A stretch of DNA of 64,000 bases, from positions 224,001 through 288,000 of the forward strand of contig JBFMAF010000037.1 in the NCBI GenBank assembly GCA_040755995.1, read 5' to 3'. The notes beneath the pieces were generated by a model that ran no database searches, had not been told where the DNA came from, and was given only the letters and a program-made list of their open reading frames with translations. Source of the stretch: Acidobacteriota bacterium (GTDB lineage Bacteria; Acidobacteriota; CAIWXX01). Each line of letters begins with the position of its first letter. Within the stretch, counting starts at the first letter, position 1. The position numbers were made by a program, and so were the translations under genes. Of the stretch, positions 42,461 to 52,421 are shown one piece after another.

Positions 42461-43609
42461 TCAAGGCACCTTGGCGAGCTTCTCGACCACTCTCAGGACC
42501 GTTTTCTTCTCGGCCGGATCGAGGTGGCGATCGGAGGCGAGCAGGAGCGCCGACAGCAGTGTCGACATGGCGTTGGAGACGGCAAGGCGTCGGCCGTCGG
42601 CCGGGTACTCGGCGACGTTCGACAGGATAACGTTGGGATCCAGACGGCCGGATGCGTCAAGCTCGACACCGGCGATCTCCGGCAGTGAGACCGATTCGAG
42701 AACGGCGCGAAGGTGCATTCCAAGGCTGTCAGCGGTCATTCGCTTCTTCATGCAGTCGACCACCATCGACGAGATCTCGTTGAACAGCGACACGCGGTTG
42801 GCAATCACCTCGTAGTCGTCCTCTTCCTGAACCGCCTGGCGGACGAACTTTGTGTCGGGCACGTAAACGTAGCGCGCGAGCACCAGGGTCATCAGCGCGC
42901 GCAGCGCCTCGAATTCCTCCATCCGCCACTGCCGGACGATCTCCTCGACACTCCTCTCCCCATCCACCAGCTCGTAGATCGTCTGCTCGCCATTGGCCAG
43001 CCGGATAGTGTGATCTCGTTGTTCGGCCGGGCACCGCTGCGGGATCGCCTTGTCATCCGGAAGCATCTGCCTGATGCGCGGCCATTCGTCCATGCGCCTC
43101 ACGCCCTCCAGGATGATGTTCCCGGAGGAGACGGCGAGCGTGATCTTCTCGTCGTGCGGATCGCGCGTCTCGTCGAAGTAGAAGGCGCCGTCGTTGAGCG
43201 GGAAGATCGAGTAGATGATATCGAGGACCTGGCTCTGCACAGTGCTCCACAACTCATTGGGCGTCAGCAGCCCCATCGCCACAAGGATCCGCCCCTGACG
43301 TTTCCCCGGCTCGACGCGGCTCCATGCCTCTGCTCTCTGCTGCTCCGAGATCTTGCCCCGCCGCACGAGGAAGCTGCCGAGGTTCTCCATGGGGTCGGAG
43401 GAGCTCGCGAAGATGATCTCGCCTGAGTCGAGATAGATCTTCTTGACGAAGCCGGCGGCATCCACCGTCAGTGCGCCGGTCTTCTTGAGCATGCACAGGA
43501 AGCTGAGCAGGTCCGGTATGCGGATCGCACTCAGGAATCCCTGCAGCACCCGGCCGACCATGTTCTCCCGGGCACTGCGGATCGGGTCCAGGCCTGACTC
43601 TACCGCCAT
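42461..43609 (-). CDS. DUF4388 (PatA-N-like) domain protein
   Basis: LQG.L....IPDLL.FL...KKTG.L, GEIIFA, LG.FLV, G.FYF, ILEGVRRMDEW. Confidence 0.85.
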   Translation of the reverse strand: MAVESGLDPIRSARENMVGRVLQGFLSAIRIPDLLSFLCMLKKTGALTVDAAGFVKKIYLDSGEIIFASSSDPMENLGSFLVRRGKISEQQRAEAWSRVEPGKRQGRILVAMGLLTPNELWSTVQSQVLDIIYSIFPLNDGAFYFDETRDPHDEKITLAVSSGNIILEGVRRMDEWPRIRQMLPDDKAIPQRCPAEQRDHTIRLANGEQTIYELVDGERSVEEIVRQWRMEEFEALRALMTLVLARYVYVPDTKFVRQAVQEEDDYEVIANRVSLFNEISSMVVDCMKKRMTADSLGMHLRAVLESVSLPEIAGVELDASGRLDPNVILSNVAEYPADGRRLAVSNAMSTLLSALLLASDRHLDPAEKKTVLRVVEKLAKVP

Positions 43610-43733
43610 CGATCCAGCCTACGCGCCCGAGAATTTGTGGCTGGTGAGCCCGCGATCCGATGGGAACGCCACGTGTGCCGCAAGTCGCATTCCTCCTTCC
43701 GCCTCCCAAGCCATCCGCGCGCGGCCCATCCGG

Positions 43734-45155
43734 CTAGCGCTGCCGTGCCTGGCGGCTCGCGTCCGCCTCACGGTCCTCGGCCTGCCCGTGTTTGATTCCG
43801 AACTTTTCCATCTTCTCATAAAGGGTCGAGCGGGATATGCCAAGGCGTTTGGCGGCGAGCTTGACATTGCCGCCCGTGACGGTCAGGACACGCTCGATGT
43901 GAGCCGCCTCGACCTCGTCGAGTGTCGGGACATCGATCATCCCATCTGCGCGGGAATAGAGGAGGTCCTTGGGCATGTGTGCCGTCAGGAGTTGTTCGCC
44001 CTGGCACAGGATCATGGCGCGTTCGATGACGTTGTGGAGCTCGCGAACGTTGCCGGGCCAGGGGTAGCGCTGGAGCATTCTCGCCACGGGTTCGGAGATC
44101 CTGGCGACCCGGCGCCCCAGGGCCGGGTTCAACGTACGAACGAACTGGTAGGCCAGCTCCAGGATGTCCTCCCCCCGCTCGCGCAGCGGCGGCATCTCGA
44201 TCTGGAAGACGTTGAGGCGGTAGTACAGGTCCCTGCGGAAACGGCCCTTTCTGACGAGATCGAGCAGATCGGCGTGGGTGGCCACCACGAACCTCACGTC
44301 GGTCGAGAGATCACGCACGCCACCCAGACGCCGGAAGGTCCTCTCCTCGATCACCTTCAGAAGCTTGCTCTGCGAGGACGCCTCCATCTCGGCCACTTCG
44401 TCCAGAAAGAGCGTGCCCCCGTTGGCCACCTCCAGCAGTCCCGGCTTGCGGACCTTCGCGTCGGTGAAGGCTCCCGGCTCATGGCCGAAGATCTCGGATT
44501 CGACCAGGTTCGCGGGCAGGGCCGCGCAGCTCAGGTTCACGAAAGGCCCGTGCGGGCGCCGAGAGTGGCGATGGATAAGGCGCGCCACCACACCCTTGCC
44601 GGTGCCCGATTCGCCCATGAGCACGACCGACGACTCGGTCGTGGCCACTTGCATGATAAGCCCGCGAACCTTGGACATCTGCGGGCTGGAACCTACTAGC
44701 TCGGTGGTGCCTACGGCATCGGTTCCCGTCCGCGATGCCACCGCAGCTTCGTAAACGGCGGCATGGCGGGCCAGCCGGTGCTTGCGCAGCGCCCTGCGAA
44801 CAGTCTTGCACAGGTTGGCGGGCTCGAATGGTTTCACGACGAAGCCCTCGGCCCCAAGCTTCATTGCCTCGACCACGGTTTCAATGTCACCCATCCCGCT
44901 CACCACAACGACCGCGGCGGTCTCGTCAAGCTGCATCAACCGCGGGAGCACCTCGAGACCTCCGATGTCGGGCAACCCGAGGTCCAGCAGCACCACCTCC
45001 GTGTCGAACCGCCCGAAATGATTCAGCGCCTCTTGACCGGTGCCGACGCTGACGACGTTGTGCCCGTCATTCCGCATCGCGCGCTCGACCACAATGCGCG
45101 CACCCTCGTCATCCTCGACGATCAGAATCTTGCCCGGTGTCTCCGCCCCTTCCAT
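43734..45155 (-). CDS. Sigma-54-dependent response regulator (NtrC/AtoC family)
   Basis: REC, GESGTGK, GAFTDA, LFLDE, DLYYRL, WPGNVREL, Fis HTH. Confidence 0.95.
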   Translation of the reverse strand: MEGAETPGKILIVEDDEGARIVVERAMRNDGHNVVSVGTGQEALNHFGRFDTEVVLLDLGLPDIGGLEVLPRLMQLDETAAVVVVSGMGDIETVVEAMKLGAEGFVVKPFEPANLCKTVRRALRKHRLARHAAVYEAAVASRTGTDAVGTTELVGSSPQMSKVRGLIMQVATTESSVVLMGESGTGKGVVARLIHRHSRRPHGPFVNLSCAALPANLVESEIFGHEPGAFTDAKVRKPGLLEVANGGTLFLDEVAEMEASSQSKLLKVIEERTFRRLGGVRDLSTDVRFVVATHADLLDLVRKGRFRRDLYYRLNVFQIEMPPLRERGEDILELAYQFVRTLNPALGRRVARISEPVARMLQRYPWPGNVRELHNVIERAMILCQGEQLLTAHMPKDLLYSRADGMIDVPTLDEVEAAHIERVLTVTGGNVKLAAKRLGISRSTLYEKMEKFGIKHGQAEDREADASRQARQR

Positions 45156-45400
45156 CACCTGCTGTTTCTTAACACACTCCGTGCGGATTTGGAAGGACAC
45201 CCGGCACGCCGGCATCCGGCGGCCGGAAAGGCCAATGCGCGATCGTTCACGAGTGCACAGACGATGCCGCAGGATTGCGTCTTTGCATCATTGGTGTACC
45301 TGAACGGCCCGTTGATGTAAAATCACAAAGGGTTGAGGTGATCTCCATGCAAGTGTCGCTCAACACGGGCGCCTTTGTGCCGCTTGCACAGTAGCAGACC

Positions 45401-47245
45401 ATGGAGCAGCTGCCTCGTATAGCACCGGCCGTGCCGCCGGACGAGTTGCTGCGAGTTCTCGTCGCCGATGATGAGGAGTCGATGCTCGAGGTCTTTGGGA
45501 AAGTCCTCCGCGTGCCCTACGAGCCGACGCCGCCGGCTCGGGCGCGGCTGGATCCCCATTCAACGTCGCCGCGGGGCCTGGTGACCCCATCCTTCGACAT
45601 GGTCTTCTGCCGGCAGGGCGACGAGGCCATCGAGGCCATCCGATCAGGCCTCGACGAAGACAGACCTTTCGCCATCGCCTTTCTGGACGTGATCATGCCG
45701 CCGGGGCCCGACGGCATTCGCACGGCCGAGCAGATCCGGGCGCTGGACCGGAATGTCGAGTTCGTGATCATGACCGGCGCCGCCGACATTGGACCCGCCC
45801 AGGTGGGCAGACGCGTGCGACCACCCGAGAAGCTGCTGTTCGTGCAGAAGCCGTTGCACGGAGCCGAGATCCGTCAGTTCGCCATGGCGTTGGGTGCGAA
45901 GTGGTGGACCGAACGCCTGCTCGAACGCACGCTCAGAGGGCTCGAGGCCCAGGTAGCCGAGAAGACGGCCGAGCTCTCGAAGCTGAACGAAGAGCTGCGA
46001 GCGGACCGCGATCTGCTGCGGGCCGCGCTGGAACGGCGCCGCGAGCTCGAGTTTATCGTCAACAAGAGCGGAGCCCTGGTCTTCCTGTGGCGAGCCGCAG
46101 AAGGATGGCCCGTCGAGTTCGTCTCGGAGAACGTCAACCAGTTCGGCTACACTACCGCGGATTTCGCCTCAGGAAACCTCCGCTACCTCGACATCATCCA
46201 CCCGGACGACCGCGACAGCGTGATGGGCGAGGTGGCCAGGTACGAAAAGGAGGGGCGCGCGGAGTTCAGCCAGCAGTACCGCATCGTGAACGCGACCGGA
46301 GACGTGCGCTGGTTGGGCTCCAGCATACTGGTGCGCCGCGATTCGAACGGGAACATCACCCACTATCAGGGGCTGGCATCGGACATTACGGAGAAGATGA
46401 TCCGGCAGTCCCTGCTGGCGCAGCGTCAGAAGCTGGAGGCAATCGGGCAGCTTGCGGCCGGCATCGCACATGAGATCAACACACCTACGCAATACGTCGG
46501 CGACAACACCCGCTTCCTCCAGGATTCCTTCGCCGGGCTGAACCGGCTCCTCTCCAAGCATGAGAAGCTCCGGCAAGCGGCGCGCTGCGGCGCCGTCGAC
46601 CCGGCACTGCTCGATGAGATCGATCGCGCAGTCGTGGCGACGGAGGTGGATTACCTCGTGGAAGAGATCCCGAAGGCGATTGAACAGTCGCTCGAGGGGA
46701 TCGGGCGAATCACCAGGATCGTGCGCGCCATGAAGGAATTCTCGCATCCGGGCGCGGAAGAGAAAGTCCCGATAAACCTCAACAACGCAATCGAAACCAC
46801 CCTCACGGTCGCCCACAACCAGCTCAAATACGTCGCAGACGTGGTGACCGACTTCGATCCGGCCCTGCCTCCCGTGCCCTGCCACCCCAATGAGATAAAC
46901 CAGGTGGTTCTGAATCTGCTGATCAACGCCGGCGACGCGATCGCCGCCTCCATCGGCGACCGGCCCGGACGCAAGGGCAAGATCACCGTGCGCACCAGCT
47001 GCTTTGACGACTGCGCGGAGATCAGAATCGCAGATACCGGCACCGGGATACCCGACAAAATCCGATCCAGGGTTTTCGAGCCGTTCTTCACCACCAAAGA
47101 GGTAGGAAAGGGCACGGGCCAGGGCCTGGCCTTGTCACACACCATAGTGGTGGAGAAGCATGGGGGCACTATCAGCTTCGACACCGAACCGGGCAAGGGC
47201 ACCACCTTCATCGTCAGGCTCCCGCTCGCAGGAGACACACCTTGA
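45401..47245 (+). CDS. REC-PAS histidine kinase (NtrB-like)
   Basis: Receiver with long insertion (AFLDVIMPPG), PAS, GIAHEINTP, GTGQGL. Confidence 0.9.
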   Translation: MEQLPRIAPAVPPDELLRVLVADDEESMLEVFGKVLRVPYEPTPPARARLDPHSTSPRGLVTPSFDMVFCRQGDEAIEAIRSGLDEDRPFAIAFLDVIMPPGPDGIRTAEQIRALDRNVEFVIMTGAADIGPAQVGRRVRPPEKLLFVQKPLHGAEIRQFAMALGAKWWTERLLERTLRGLEAQVAEKTAELSKLNEELRADRDLLRAALERRRELEFIVNKSGALVFLWRAAEGWPVEFVSENVNQFGYTTADFASGNLRYLDIIHPDDRDSVMGEVARYEKEGRAEFSQQYRIVNATGDVRWLGSSILVRRDSNGNITHYQGLASDITEKMIRQSLLAQRQKLEAIGQLAAGIAHEINTPTQYVGDNTRFLQDSFAGLNRLLSKHEKLRQAARCGAVDPALLDEIDRAVVATEVDYLVEEIPKAIEQSLEGIGRITRIVRAMKEFSHPGAEEKVPINLNNAIETTLTVAHNQLKYVADVVTDFDPALPPVPCHPNEINQVVLNLLINAGDAIAASIGDRPGRKGKITVRTSCFDDCAEIRIADTGTGIPDKIRSRVFEPFFTTKEVGKGTGQGLALSHTIVVEKHGGTISFDTEPGKGTTFIVRLPLAGDTP

Positions 47246-47291
47246 GACCCGGGAACCTGGAACCGGGAACCGAAATCTATTGGGAGGTAAC

Positions 47292-47849
47292 ATGGGACAT
47301 ACTGTGCTGCTGGTCGATGATGATGCAAATCTGCTCGCCGGACTGCGCCGAGCGCTGCGGAACGAACCCTACGAGCTGGTGACTGCGCTGTCGGCCGAAG
47401 ACGCCCTCAAGATACTGCACGCACGCGACGTCGACGTCGTCATCTCGGACGAGAATCTGCCCGGGATCACAGGGACGCACTTTCTCAAAAGGGTGCGTGA
47501 GAGCTTTGCCGACGCGGTGCGATTCATGCTCACGGGTGCCGCGACACTCGACGTGGCCATCGATGCCATCAATGAGGCGGGCGTGAGTCACTTCTTCACC
47601 AAGCCGTGTCAGACCACCGACATGGCAATGGCGATCCGCATGGCGCTGAAGCAGAAGGACCTGATCGTGGCCGCCAAGCAGCTGCTTTTCCAACTGAGGC
47701 GCCATGAAGCCATGATGCAGCGTCTGGAGAAACAGCACCCCGGGATCACCCAGTTCGAAGAGGATGCTGACGGTGCCATAGTGATCGGGGAGCCCCCGAG
47801 CGACTACGACGAGTTGATGCGGGAGATCAAGAAGCACCTCGGCGGGTAG
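47292..47849 (+). CDS. Response regulator (REC plus short helical tail)
   Basis: LLVDDD, ISDENLPG, FTKP; GGAGG RBS. Confidence 0.88.
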   Translation: MGHTVLLVDDDANLLAGLRRALRNEPYELVTALSAEDALKILHARDVDVVISDENLPGITGTHFLKRVRESFADAVRFMLTGAATLDVAIDAINEAGVSHFFTKPCQTTDMAMAIRMALKQKDLIVAAKQLLFQLRRHEAMMQRLEKQHPGITQFEEDADGAIVIGEPPSDYDELMREIKKHLGG

Positions 47850-47884
47850 CCGGCACGAGGCGTGGACGCGGAGAGTCGAGCCAT

Positions 47885-49972
47885 ATGACAGCAGAGCTGG
47901 ACGCGTTGCTCGCGTCGTCTCCGATGGCTGTCATCGTCTACGATGCCGATGGTCGCGTCGGCATGTGGAACGCCGCGGCCGAGCGCCTCTTCGGCTGGGC
48001 CGCGGCGGAGGTTCTTGGACAACCGCATCCGTGGCACGCCCGCAGCGAGGCAGCCCAGGTGTCCGCGCTCCAGGAGTACGTCCGCTCAGGCGAATCGGCA
48101 GGCGATCTGGAGCTCACGCGCAGCCGCAAGGACGGGTCGACGGCTACGATCCGGGGCTTCGTCGGACCGTTACGGGATGCCGGCGGACGGATGGGCGGCA
48201 TGGTGGAGATGGCGGCGGACATCGGCCAGCCGCCGCCCGCCGAATCGACACTGCAGCGCATCCTCCATCGTGATGCCCTCACGGGCTTGCCGGATCGCTT
48301 CCTCTATCGCGAGGCGCTGCAGCGCGCCGCCATCGAAGCGGGGCGGCGGCACTCTCAGTTCGCCGTCATCCACATGGACGTCGCGGCACTCAAGACGGTC
48401 AACACCTCCATGGGTCCTGCGGCTGGAGACCAGGTGCTGCAGGCACTGGGTACACGGCTGAGAACGCTCGTGAACGAGGGCGACGATGTCGCTCGCATCG
48501 GCGGCGACGAATTCGCCGTCATACTCCGGAACAGCCCCTCCGCTGCGCATGCATCGATATGGGCGGAGAGATCGCTGGAGAGGCTCTCAGCTCCCATCGC
48601 AGTCGACGACCGCGAGGTCATCGTGCATCTCCGGGCCGGTGCCGCGCTTTTCCCGATCGACGGGGAGCAGCCGATGGCGCTGATGCAACGCGCAGACCTG
48701 GCCTTGCATCGTGCGACAGACAAGGGCGGGGATCGCTGTGAGTTCTACTCGTTGGAGATGGGAGAAGGCGCTGCCGAGCGCCTCTGGATGGAATCGGCCT
48801 TGCGAAAGGCCATGGATAACTGCGAGCTTGCGCTCCACTACCAGCCCAAGGTCGACATCGCCAGCGGTCGCGTGGTCGGCATGGAGGCTCTGTTGCGATG
48901 GGTGCATCCCGAGAAAGGAAACGTGTCGCCCGGCCGGTTCGTCCCGCTGGCCGAAGAAACCGGCCTGATCGTCCGTCTCGGCGAGTGGGTCATTCGCACG
49001 GCCTGCGCTCAAACAAAGGCCTGGATAGAGCAAGGGCTGCCTCCGGTTCGGATTGCAGTGAATCTGTCGGTCCACCAGTTGAAAGGCAGGGACGTTGTCG
49101 AGATGCTGCGCACGTTGCTACACGAGACCAGGTTGAGCCCGCAATACCTGGAGATCGAGATCACGGAGAGCGAGATCATGCGAAACGCCGAGGAGAATAT
49201 CCGGCTGCTCCGCGCGCTGAAGGACATGGGTCTCGGCATTTCGATCGACGACTTCGGGACCGGATATTCGTCGCTGAGCTACCTGAGACGCTTCCCAATC
49301 GACACGCTGAAGATCGACGCATCGTTCGTGAGCGACATCACGACCGAGCCGGAAAACGCGGCGATCGCATCGGCCATCATAGCCCTCGGGCACAGCCTCA
49401 ACATGAAGGTGATAGCCGAAGGGGTAGAGACCGAATCCCAGCTGGGGTTCCTGTACAAACGCGGCTGCGACCAGATCCAGGGCTATTACTTCAGCAAGGC
49501 ACTGCCGGCCGCAGAGTTCTCGGACATGCTACGCACGGGCCGGACGCTCAAGCTCAGTGAAGGACTCAGGAAGAGCAGAGAGCGGACGGTGCTGGCCGTT
49601 GACGATGAGGAGGATATCCGGACGATGCTGGTCCGCGTCCTCAGCCGGCAGGGATATTCGGTGCTGACGGCGCCCGACGCCAAGACCGGCTTCGAGACGC
49701 TCGCCACGAACCAGGTGGGCGTTATCATCTCCGACCACGAGATGCCCTCGATGACCGGCATCGAGTTCCTGAGCCGGGTCAAGGACCTCTACCCCGAGAC
49801 GGTCCGCATCATCCTGACAGGACAGTTCGAGATCGACGTGGTCATGGAAGCCATCAACCGGGGCGCGATCTTCAAGTTCATCCCCAAACCGTTCATGAAG
49901 GAGGACCTGCTGGAAGCCGTCCGGGCCGCATTCATCCTTCAAGAAACCGGGCGTGGCAACAACACCGGATAG
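47885..49972 (+). CDS. PAS-GGDEF-EAL-REC c-di-GMP turnover protein
   Basis: RIGGDEF, EALLRW, DDFGTGYSSL, AEGVE, QGY, C-terminal receiver. Confidence 0.95.
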   Translation: MTAELDALLASSPMAVIVYDADGRVGMWNAAAERLFGWAAAEVLGQPHPWHARSEAAQVSALQEYVRSGESAGDLELTRSRKDGSTATIRGFVGPLRDAGGRMGGMVEMAADIGQPPPAESTLQRILHRDALTGLPDRFLYREALQRAAIEAGRRHSQFAVIHMDVAALKTVNTSMGPAAGDQVLQALGTRLRTLVNEGDDVARIGGDEFAVILRNSPSAAHASIWAERSLERLSAPIAVDDREVIVHLRAGAALFPIDGEQPMALMQRADLALHRATDKGGDRCEFYSLEMGEGAAERLWMESALRKAMDNCELALHYQPKVDIASGRVVGMEALLRWVHPEKGNVSPGRFVPLAEETGLIVRLGEWVIRTACAQTKAWIEQGLPPVRIAVNLSVHQLKGRDVVEMLRTLLHETRLSPQYLEIEITESEIMRNAEENIRLLRALKDMGLGISIDDFGTGYSSLSYLRRFPIDTLKIDASFVSDITTEPENAAIASAIIALGHSLNMKVIAEGVETESQLGFLYKRGCDQIQGYYFSKALPAAEFSDMLRTGRTLKLSEGLRKSRERTVLAVDDEEDIRTMLVRVLSRQGYSVLTAPDAKTGFETLATNQVGVIISDHEMPSMTGIEFLSRVKDLYPETVRIILTGQFEIDVVMEAINRGAIFKFIPKPFMKEDLLEAVRAAFILQETGRGNNTG

Positions 49973-49992
49973 CTGAAACGCGCCACGCGACT

Positions 49993-50050
49993 TGAGGCGC
50001 GGCAAAAGCGGCCGGGCAAGCTTCGCCGGTCCGAGGCCGCTCCTCACTAT
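49993..50050 (+). repeat. 3' half (stem-loop) of the dispersed repeat, copy E
   Basis: TGAGGCGCGGCAAAAGCGGCCGGGCAAGCTTCGCCGGTCCGAGGCCGCTCCTCACTA aligns without gaps to the 3' end of copy D. Confidence 0.7.
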
Positions 50051-50081
50051 ACAGCGCGACTTATGTCGCGCTGTACAACGA

Positions 50082-50624
50082 TCAAAGCTCTCCCAGGACC
50101 GCTTCCTCGCCCTCGCCGAAGAAATTCGTGCGGCTCACGTTCTCGAGTACTTCCATCGGCAAGCTGCTTACAAGAAGCTCATGTTCCGGACAGCCCCACC
50201 GGGCGCACGTCAGGATGCGGTTCGAAGCGTCCGCAAGATAGAACTCGATCTTGCGCTCGGACGAGCACTCGGGCCTCTGGCACCGGCCCTCCACACTCAG
50301 CAGCACCTTGCAGTGCGGGCAGAAAGCGTCCACCACCGGGTCCCGCTCGGAACCCGCGAACATGAAATCGAAGAGCTTCTTGTGCCCTCCCCAGAACGCA
50401 TCCACGAAGACCAGCCCCTGCGCGCCGCCCGCGCGAATCGAGAAGCACACTGCATTCTGCCCGTGTATCTTCACGGTCGGCGTGACGAGATTGCACCCGT
50501 GCCGGCAGAAGAGCTGCTCCACAACGAGGAGATCGCGTTCCCCCCGCCGCACGATCTTCATGCCGGCAGGCAGCGACTTCCGAAAAACCTCAGGGATCTC
50601 GGGGACCTCCAGGGTCAGGGCCAT
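50082..50624 (-). CDS. Cys/His-rich hypothetical protein
   Basis: GAGGAGG RBS; CRHGC, CPHC, CQRPEC, CARWGCPEH. Confidence 0.7.
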   Translation of the reverse strand: MALTLEVPEIPEVFRKSLPAGMKIVRRGERDLLVVEQLFCRHGCNLVTPTVKIHGQNAVCFSIRAGGAQGLVFVDAFWGGHKKLFDFMFAGSERDPVVDAFCPHCKVLLSVEGRCQRPECSSERKIEFYLADASNRILTCARWGCPEHELLVSSLPMEVLENVSRTNFFGEGEEAVLGEL

Positions 50625-50669
50625 ATGAACCTCCTCGACACAGCAGATTCTACACCATCCCATGACTGA

Positions 50670-50765
50670 TTCCGCACTCCGCCTTCAGCATTCCGCATTC
50701 TCCGTGGGCGGCCACCGTCCATCGTGGCCACCGATTCCGCATTCCGCACTCCGCATTCCGCATTT
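50670..50765. repeat. Two TCCGCAY heptamer arrays
   Basis: TTCCGCA/CTCCGCA units at about 50670-50700 and 50735-50765. Confidence 0.8.
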
Positions 50766-50832
50766 TCCACAGGTACGTGCGCCCCGCGGTGGGGTGAAGT
50801 GATACAATAGCACCCGGACGTGCGAGTCACCG

Positions 50833-52059
50833 ATGTCAAGGCGTCACAGAAAGCATCGCAACCACGAGGACCCCGCGGTCCACAACGCGGCTCCGACCGG
50901 CGTGGACCAGCCCTGCGAGGAAGACACATCGTCGCAACTCGCCGAGGGCTCCAAGCGCAAGCGTGGGTTCCGGCTGCCCCGCTTGTCGAAGAAGTCAAAG
51001 CCGGGCGCGCTGCCCGGGATCGAGCCGCACGAGCTCTCGCAGCTCCCGAGCACCCCCGAACGGGTCCACATCACATGTATCGACTACTCGCCGGAGCAGG
51101 TCCGCGTGATGGAGGTCGAGGATGTCGATACGTTCGTGGGCGCGCACAGGCCGGAATGGTCGTCCGTCCGCTGGATCAACGTCGACGGCCTCAACGACAT
51201 GAAGGTGATCCGGGCCTTCGCAGAGAAGTACAGGCTCCATCCCCTGGCCGTCGAGGACCTGCTCCAGATCCCGCATCGGCCGAAAGCCGAGGCTTACTCC
51301 GGCCATGGCAGTTTTCAGGCCCGCGTGTTCGTCATCGCGCGCATGCTGGAGCTGAAGAGCGGGCACCTCAAGAGCGAGCAGGTGAGCATCTTCATCGGCC
51401 ACAAGACCGTGCTGACTTTTCAGGAGAGCGCCGGCGACATATGGGACCCGATTCGCGTGAGGATCAAGACTTCCGGCTCACGCATCCGCAACAACGACGC
51501 AAGCTTCCTGGCCTATTCCTTGCTTGATTCCATGGTGGATCACTGTTTCCCGATTCTGGAGTACTACGGGGACAGGCTGGAGGAGCTGGAGGAGATGGTG
51601 TTGGAGGGGGCCTCGCGCGAAGCCGTCCACGAGATCCACAGGCTGAAGCGTGAGCTGCTCTTGTTGCGGCGCGCCGTCTGGCCGATGCGCGAAGTGATCA
51701 ACTCGCTGCAGCGCGAGCCGCACGAGTGCCTCAGCGAAACCACGCGCACCTACTTGCGCGACATCTACGACCACACGGTTCAGATCATCGACATGATCGA
51801 GACCTACCGCGAGGTGGCGACGAGCTTGACCGAGACGAGCATGACGGCCATGAGCAACAGGATGAACGAGATCATGAAAGTGCTGACCGTGATCGGCACC
51901 ATCTTCATCCCGTTGACGTTTCTGGCAGGCGTCTATGGGATGAATTTCCACCACCTCCCAGAGCTCAACTGGCGCTGGTCGTACGGAATGTTCTGGCTGA
52001 TATGCCTCGTCACGGCCGTGACCATGCTCGCCTGGTTCAAGCGACGAGGTTGGCTCTAG
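50833..52059 (+). CDS. corA: CorA magnesium/cobalt transporter
   Basis: PG..PG, LHPLAVED, MNEIMKVLT, YGMNF, two C-terminal TM helices. Confidence 0.95.
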   Translation: MSRRHRKHRNHEDPAVHNAAPTGVDQPCEEDTSSQLAEGSKRKRGFRLPRLSKKSKPGALPGIEPHELSQLPSTPERVHITCIDYSPEQVRVMEVEDVDTFVGAHRPEWSSVRWINVDGLNDMKVIRAFAEKYRLHPLAVEDLLQIPHRPKAEAYSGHGSFQARVFVIARMLELKSGHLKSEQVSIFIGHKTVLTFQESAGDIWDPIRVRIKTSGSRIRNNDASFLAYSLLDSMVDHCFPILEYYGDRLEELEEMVLEGASREAVHEIHRLKRELLLLRRAVWPMREVINSLQREPHECLSETTRTYLRDIYDHTVQIIDMIETYREVATSLTETSMTAMSNRMNEIMKVLTVIGTIFIPLTFLAGVYGMNFHHLPELNWRWSYGMFWLICLVTAVTMLAWFKRRGWL

Positions 52060-52194
52060 ACGCGCGCTTCCGCCGCTGATCCGGAAGGGGTAGGCGGAGT
52101 CCTCCTCGGGCATGTGCCTATGCTCGCACCGGATGAATCCGCGCCTCCTAGTAGGCCTAGGCATTCTAGGCATCCTTCCCCTATGAAGGAACTC

Positions 52195-52203
52195 TGATAT
52201 AAT
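52195..52203 (+). promoter_or_regulatory. Extended -10 promoter upstream of the kinase-cheR-cheB operon
   Basis: TGA-TATAAT in an AT-richer intergenic region. Confidence 0.5.
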
Positions 52204-52421
52204 CCATTCAACGCGGGTATCTCTACAGGCACTGGCAACACAGGGTGCGGGATGAACCGCAGACTTCCGTCTGGGGTATGAGGAACTGAGATGTGCCACC
52301 AGATGTATGTGCTCCACCGGCCCATGGACGAGAAGGAACTTCCAGCCGTTGCAGGCACTATCGACGGGAATCCAGGACCCCGTAGAGGAGGTGGCGAGCT
52401 GCAGAACGCGGGAGTGACAGG

